Below, one piece after another: positions 28,520 through 32,000 of a DNA stretch of 32,000 nt; position 1 is the stretch's first letter, and each line of letters begins with the position of its first letter. The stretch is from Methylorubrum extorquens (GTDB taxonomy: Bacteria > Pseudomonadota > Alphaproteobacteria > Rhizobiales > Beijerinckiaceae). The DNA is taken from contig LT962688.1 of the NCBI GenBank assembly GCA_900234795.1, positions 3,000,001 to 3,032,000 on the forward strand, read 5' to 3'. The position numbers and the translations under genes are program-made. The notes under the pieces are model-generated. The model was not told the origin of the DNA. It saw nothing but the letters and a program-made list of their open reading frames with translations, and did no database searches.

Positions 28520-29926
28520 ATGGCGGCCCCCGCCCGCCCCTCCGCGACCGCACCGTCTCGAACCGGCACCCTCGCCGGGGCGCTCGGTCGCGTTCGGAAG
28601 ACCTGGCGGCGCCTCAGCCGCGCCATTGGCGACGCTTTGCCGAAGGGCCTCTACGCCCGCTCGCTGATCATCATCATCGCGCCGATGGTGCTGCTGCAAT
28701 CGGTGATCGCCTACACCTTCATGGAGCGGCACTGGCAGCTCGTAACCCGCCGGCTCTCGGCGGCCGTCACCGCCGACGTCGCCGCGCTGATGGACATCTA
28801 CGAGTCCTATCCGCAGGACCGGAACGCTGAGACGCTCTCGCGCATCGCCGGGGAGCGGCTGAACCTCGACATCGACATCCTGAAGGGCGCCAAGCTGCCG
28901 AATCCGGGGCCGCGCCCGTTCTTCTCGATTCTCGACGAGGTCTTGTCGGAAGAAATCCGCCGCCAGATCCGGCGCCCGTTCTGGATCGATACGGTAGGGC
29001 GCTCGAACCTCATCGAGATCCGGGTGGCGATCCCCGAGGGCGTGATGCGGGTCACCGCCCGGCGCAACCAAGCCTACGCCTCGAACTCGCACATCTTCCT
29101 GCTCTGGATGACCGGCTCCTCGCTGGTGCTGCTCGGCGTGGCGATCCTGTTTCTTCGCAACCAGATCAAGCCGATCCTGCGGCTCTCGGCGGTGGCCGAG
29201 GGATTCGGCAAGGGCCGCGAGATCGAGTTCAAGCCTCGCGGCGCCCGCGAGGTCCGGCAGGCGGGGCATGCCTTCATCGAGATGAAGCGGCGCATCGAGC
29301 GCGCCATGGAGCAGCGCACGGCGATGCTCAACGGGGTGAGCCACGACCTGCGCACCATCATCACCCGGTTCAAGCTCTCGCTCGCCCTGGTCGAGCAGAC
29401 GCCGGAGGTGGAAGATCTCCAGCGCGACGTGGACGAGATGAGCCGGATGCTCGAGGGCTATCTCGCCTTCGCCCGGGGTGATTCCGCCGAGACCGCCGCC
29501 GAGACCGACATGCGGACGCTGCTGGAGGATCTGCGCAGCGACGTGGAGCGCCTCGGTGCCCATGTCGAGGCGGTCGAGATCGAGGGCAGCCCGCTCGTCA
29601 CGGTGCGGCCGGATGCGATGCGCCGCTGCCTGTTCAACCTCGCCGCCAACGCCGCGCGCTATGCCGACACCGTGGCGATCTCGGGCAAGCGCGAGCACCG
29701 CGCCTTCCTCATTGCAATCGACGACGACGGGCCCGGCATCCCGCCCGAGAGCCGCGAGGACGTGTTCAAGCCGTTCGTGCGCCTCGACGATGCGCGCCAG
29801 GATGCCGGCGGCTCCGGGCTCGGTCTCGCCATCGCCCGCGATATCGCTCGGGCACATGGCGGCGATGTCGGCTTGCACGACAGCCCGCTCGGCGGCTTGC
29901 GGGCGACGGTGCGCATCCCCGCCTGA
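28520..29926 (+). CDS. HAMP-domain sensor histidine kinase (EnvZ-like)
   Basis: ATG 28520, 8 nt after the regulator stop. Two TM segments, H-box GVSHDLRTIITRF, N box FNLAANAARYA, and G boxes DDDGPGIP and GGSGLGLAIAR. Confidence 0.9.
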   Translation: MAAPARPSATAPSRTGTLAGALGRVRKTWRRLSRAIGDALPKGLYARSLIIIIAPMVLLQSVIAYTFMERHWQLVTRRLSAAVTADVAALMDIYESYPQDRNAETLSRIAGERLNLDIDILKGAKLPNPGPRPFFSILDEVLSEEIRRQIRRPFWIDTVGRSNLIEIRVAIPEGVMRVTARRNQAYASNSHIFLLWMTGSSLVLLGVAILFLRNQIKPILRLSAVAEGFGKGREIEFKPRGAREVRQAGHAFIEMKRRIERAMEQRTAMLNGVSHDLRTIITRFKLSLALVEQTPEVEDLQRDVDEMSRMLEGYLAFARGDSAETAAETDMRTLLEDLRSDVERLGAHVEAVEIEGSPLVTVRPDAMRRCLFNLAANAARYADTVAISGKREHRAFLIAIDDDGPGIPPESREDVFKPFVRLDDARQDAGGSGLGLAIARDIARAHGGDVGLHDSPLGGLRATVRIPA

Positions 29927-30076
29927 TCGAAACGCTCACCGAGCCGAAACCCTGGCGGATCCAGCTGAGATTCTGAAGCGGCGGGAGTTTCCTCCGGCGG
30001 AACGGCGGTGCTAAGACCGCTGCGCATTATTCTTCGGGCCGCGCTGCGGTCCCTCAACGAACGCGAGTGACGTCGA

Positions 30077-30268
30077 ATGAACCCGCTGGTGCCGCTTTCC
30101 ATCGTGCTGCTCCTCCCGATCGCAGCCGTCTGCGCCGTTCTCTTCACGGATTCCGGGATCGAGCCGGCCCTGTTCTACGCCGCGGTCAAGACCTTCGCGA
30201 TCCTGTTCGTCGTCGGCGGCGCGATCTCCTTCGCCGCGAGCCGCCTCGCCGCGCGCACCCACGGCTGA
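30077..30268 (+). CDS. small hypothetical membrane protein (two predicted TM segments)
   Basis: 63 aa, MNPLVPLSIVLLLPIAAVCAVLF...AILFVVGGAISFAA.... Third-position G/C is gene-like. No family recognised and the ribosome-binding site is weak. Confidence 0.45.
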   Translation: MNPLVPLSIVLLLPIAAVCAVLFTDSGIEPALFYAAVKTFAILFVVGGAISFAASRLAARTHG

Positions 30269-30389
30269 GCCTCTGCTACGGAACGCCTGCCGCTCCGCCG
30301 TGCCCCGTGAGGCACGGTCGGTGGGCGGGTGTTTCATGAGGCACGGCCGAATCCCGGCACCGGCCGGCGTCTGACGGAAGGTCGAGGCC

Positions 30390-31571
30390 ATGCTGCGTGT
30401 CGTGCCCTCCTTCGATCGGATCGGCGAGGAGAACGCTTTCGCCGTTCTCGCCCGCGCCAGCGCGCTCGCGGCGCAGGGCCGCGACATCGTCAATCTCGGC
30501 ATCGGCCAGCCGGACTTCGCGACGCCGGCCCATATCGTCGAGGCGGGCATCAAGGCCCTGCGCGACGGTCATCACGGCTACACGCCAGCCATCGGCATTC
30601 CACCGCTCCGTGAGGCGGTGGCGCGGGACCTCCATCGCCGCCACGGGGTCGAGGTCTCGCCGGATGCGGTGATGATCGTGCCGGGCGGCAAGGTCACCAT
30701 GTTCATGGCGATCCTGATGTTCGGCGAGCCCGGCGCCGAGATTCTGTATCCCGATCCCGGCTTCCCGATCTACCGTTCGATGATCGCGTTCACCGGGGCC
30801 ACCCCGGTGCCGGTCCCGATCCGTGAGGCCAACGGCTTCGCCTTCTCGGCCGAGGAGACGCTCTCGCTGATCACGGAGCGCACGCGCCTCCTGATCGTCA
30901 ACTCGCCGGCCAACCCGACCGGCGGCGTCACGCCGAAGGCCGAGATCGACGCTCTGGTGCGGGGTCTTGCCGCCCATCCTGGCGTCGCCGTGCTGTCCGA
31001 CGAGATCTACGGCTCCATGACCTATGACGGGGAGGCGCATGTCTCGCTCCTCGCCTATCCCGAGATCCGCGACCGGCTGATCGCGCTCGACGGCGCCTCG
31101 AAAACCTACGCGATGACGGGGTGGCGGCTCGGCTGGTCGGTCTGGCCGAAGCCGCTCTACGACGCCGCCCGCAAGCTCGCCGTGAACTCCTTCTCCTGCG
31201 TGAACGCCGCCACGCAATGGGCCGGGGTCGCCGCCCTCGACGGATCGCAGGACTGCGTCGCCGCGATGATCGCCGCGTTCGATCAGCGTCGAAGCTTGGT
31301 CGTGGACGGATTGAACGGCCTGCCGAACGTCTCCTGCATCACCCCCAAGGGTGCTTTCTACGCCTTCCCGAACATCGCGCGCACGGGCTGGAAGGCGAAG
31401 GCCCTGGCCACCGCACTCCTCGACGAGGCGGGGGTCGTGGTGATCGGCGGCCCGGATTTCGGCGTGTATGGCGAGGGCTATCTCCGGCTGTCCTACGCCA
31501 ACTCCGCCGAGAACATCACTCGGGCGCTGGAGCGGATGAATCGGTTCCTCTCGGACCACGCGCCGGGCTGA
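30390..31571 (+). CDS. pyridoxal phosphate-dependent aminotransferase (class I/II, AspC-like)
   Basis: 393 aa. Contains ...NLGIGQPDFATPAHIVEAGIKAL..., ...LIVNSPANPTGG... and the PLP lysine context ...DGASKTYAMTGWRLGW.... Confidence 0.9.
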   Translation: MLRVVPSFDRIGEENAFAVLARASALAAQGRDIVNLGIGQPDFATPAHIVEAGIKALRDGHHGYTPAIGIPPLREAVARDLHRRHGVEVSPDAVMIVPGGKVTMFMAILMFGEPGAEILYPDPGFPIYRSMIAFTGATPVPVPIREANGFAFSAEETLSLITERTRLLIVNSPANPTGGVTPKAEIDALVRGLAAHPGVAVLSDEIYGSMTYDGEAHVSLLAYPEIRDRLIALDGASKTYAMTGWRLGWSVWPKPLYDAARKLAVNSFSCVNAATQWAGVAALDGSQDCVAAMIAAFDQRRSLVVDGLNGLPNVSCITPKGAFYAFPNIARTGWKAKALATALLDEAGVVVIGGPDFGVYGEGYLRLSYANSAENITRALERMNRFLSDHAPG

Positions 31572-31753
31572 GATCGAAAGATGTCATTCGCCTATGTGAC
31601 AGCTTTCGCGAGATCGGCCTCCGTTTCTGGCACCGGGCGATAATCTCGGCCTTTCTCGATTTTCCATGCATCCGAATTCGAGGCTGCGGCGTTATCCGGC
31701 CATGCTTCGCTGTGCCTGATCGCGGCGAACCTCACAACGACGGAGATGCTGTA

Positions 31754-32000
31754 ATGAAGATCAAGACCCTTCTCGCTGCTTCGGCTATCGCGCTTGCTCT
31801 GCCCATGGCCGCCCAGGCTCAAGGCACGCTGCGCGGCGCGGAGCGTGGCGCTCAGGAAGGCGCCGATGCGGCTGGTCCGATCGGTGGCATCGTCGGCGGC
31901 GCGGTCGGTGCGGCGACCGGTACGATCGGTGGCATTCTCGGTGTCGAGGATCGTCCGCGCTTCCGCTCCTATGTTCGCGAGCGCAACGTCCGCTCCTACG
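31754..32000 (+). CDS. secreted glycine-zipper protein, DUF1236-like (5' partial, runs off the window)
   Basis: ATG 31754 with GGAG 9 nt upstream. Signal peptide MKIKTLLAASAIALALPMAAQAQ, then GPIGGIVGGAVGAATGTIGGILG, then ...RPRFRSYVRERNVRSY. Not in the ORF track because there is no stop inside the window. Confidence 0.6.
   Translation, partial: MKIKTLLAASAIALALPMAAQAQGTLRGAERGAQEGADAAGPIGGIVGGAVGAATGTIGGILGVEDRPRFRSYVRERNVRSY

Noticed and set aside
31592-31822. 76-aa minus-strand ORF in the last intergenic region
   Set aside because: It overlaps the start of the DUF1236-like gene. A shorter GTG version (31592..31735) would sit 18 nt from a divergent start, with no room for promoters. Third-position G/C is only moderate and no motif was recognised.

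Overview
This is a very GC-rich chromosomal core segment; third codon positions are almost always G/C. Protein sequences and gene order suggest an alphaproteobacterium, probably Rhizobiales and Methylobacterium-like, but I have not verified this.

Gene content from left to right:
- a transglutaminase-like gene and an FAD oxidoreductase
- a FliO-like / proline-rich gene, divergent from the flagellar rod/export operon flgB-flgC-fliE-fliQ-fliR-flhB
- the cell-cycle hybrid kinase cckA, then recA
- a GST with a divergent YafY/WYL regulator, then alaS
- a Zn-ribbon HExxH metallopeptidase, a YqgE/AlgH-family gene and a Prx5-type peroxiredoxin
- ispH-thrB
- a CPA2/RCK K+ efflux antiporter plus a MATE exporter
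- DUF937, an orphan Flp pilin, DUF3072 and ilvE
- a MarR / OmpR-type response regulator / HAMP histidine kinase operon
- a small membrane ORF, a class I/II aminotransferase, and the 5' part of a DUF1236-like secreted protein

I saw no rRNA, tRNA, CRISPR array, transposase, integrase or phage genes. I do not see a convincing new multi-gene system; this is mostly housekeeping DNA.

The observations most worth a second look are:
1. Three conserved genes (oxidoreductase, FliO-like, cckA) have reading frames broken at short repeats, all within about 6 kb.
2. A perfect CtrA box in the divergent flagellar promoter is bracketed by two near-identical 19-nt dyads.
3. A three-member family of nested-stem palindromic intergenic repeats is present, with one copy inside the flagellar operon.

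The many long Arg/Ala/Gly/Pro-rich ORFs in the track are antisense or out-of-frame artefacts of GC richness.
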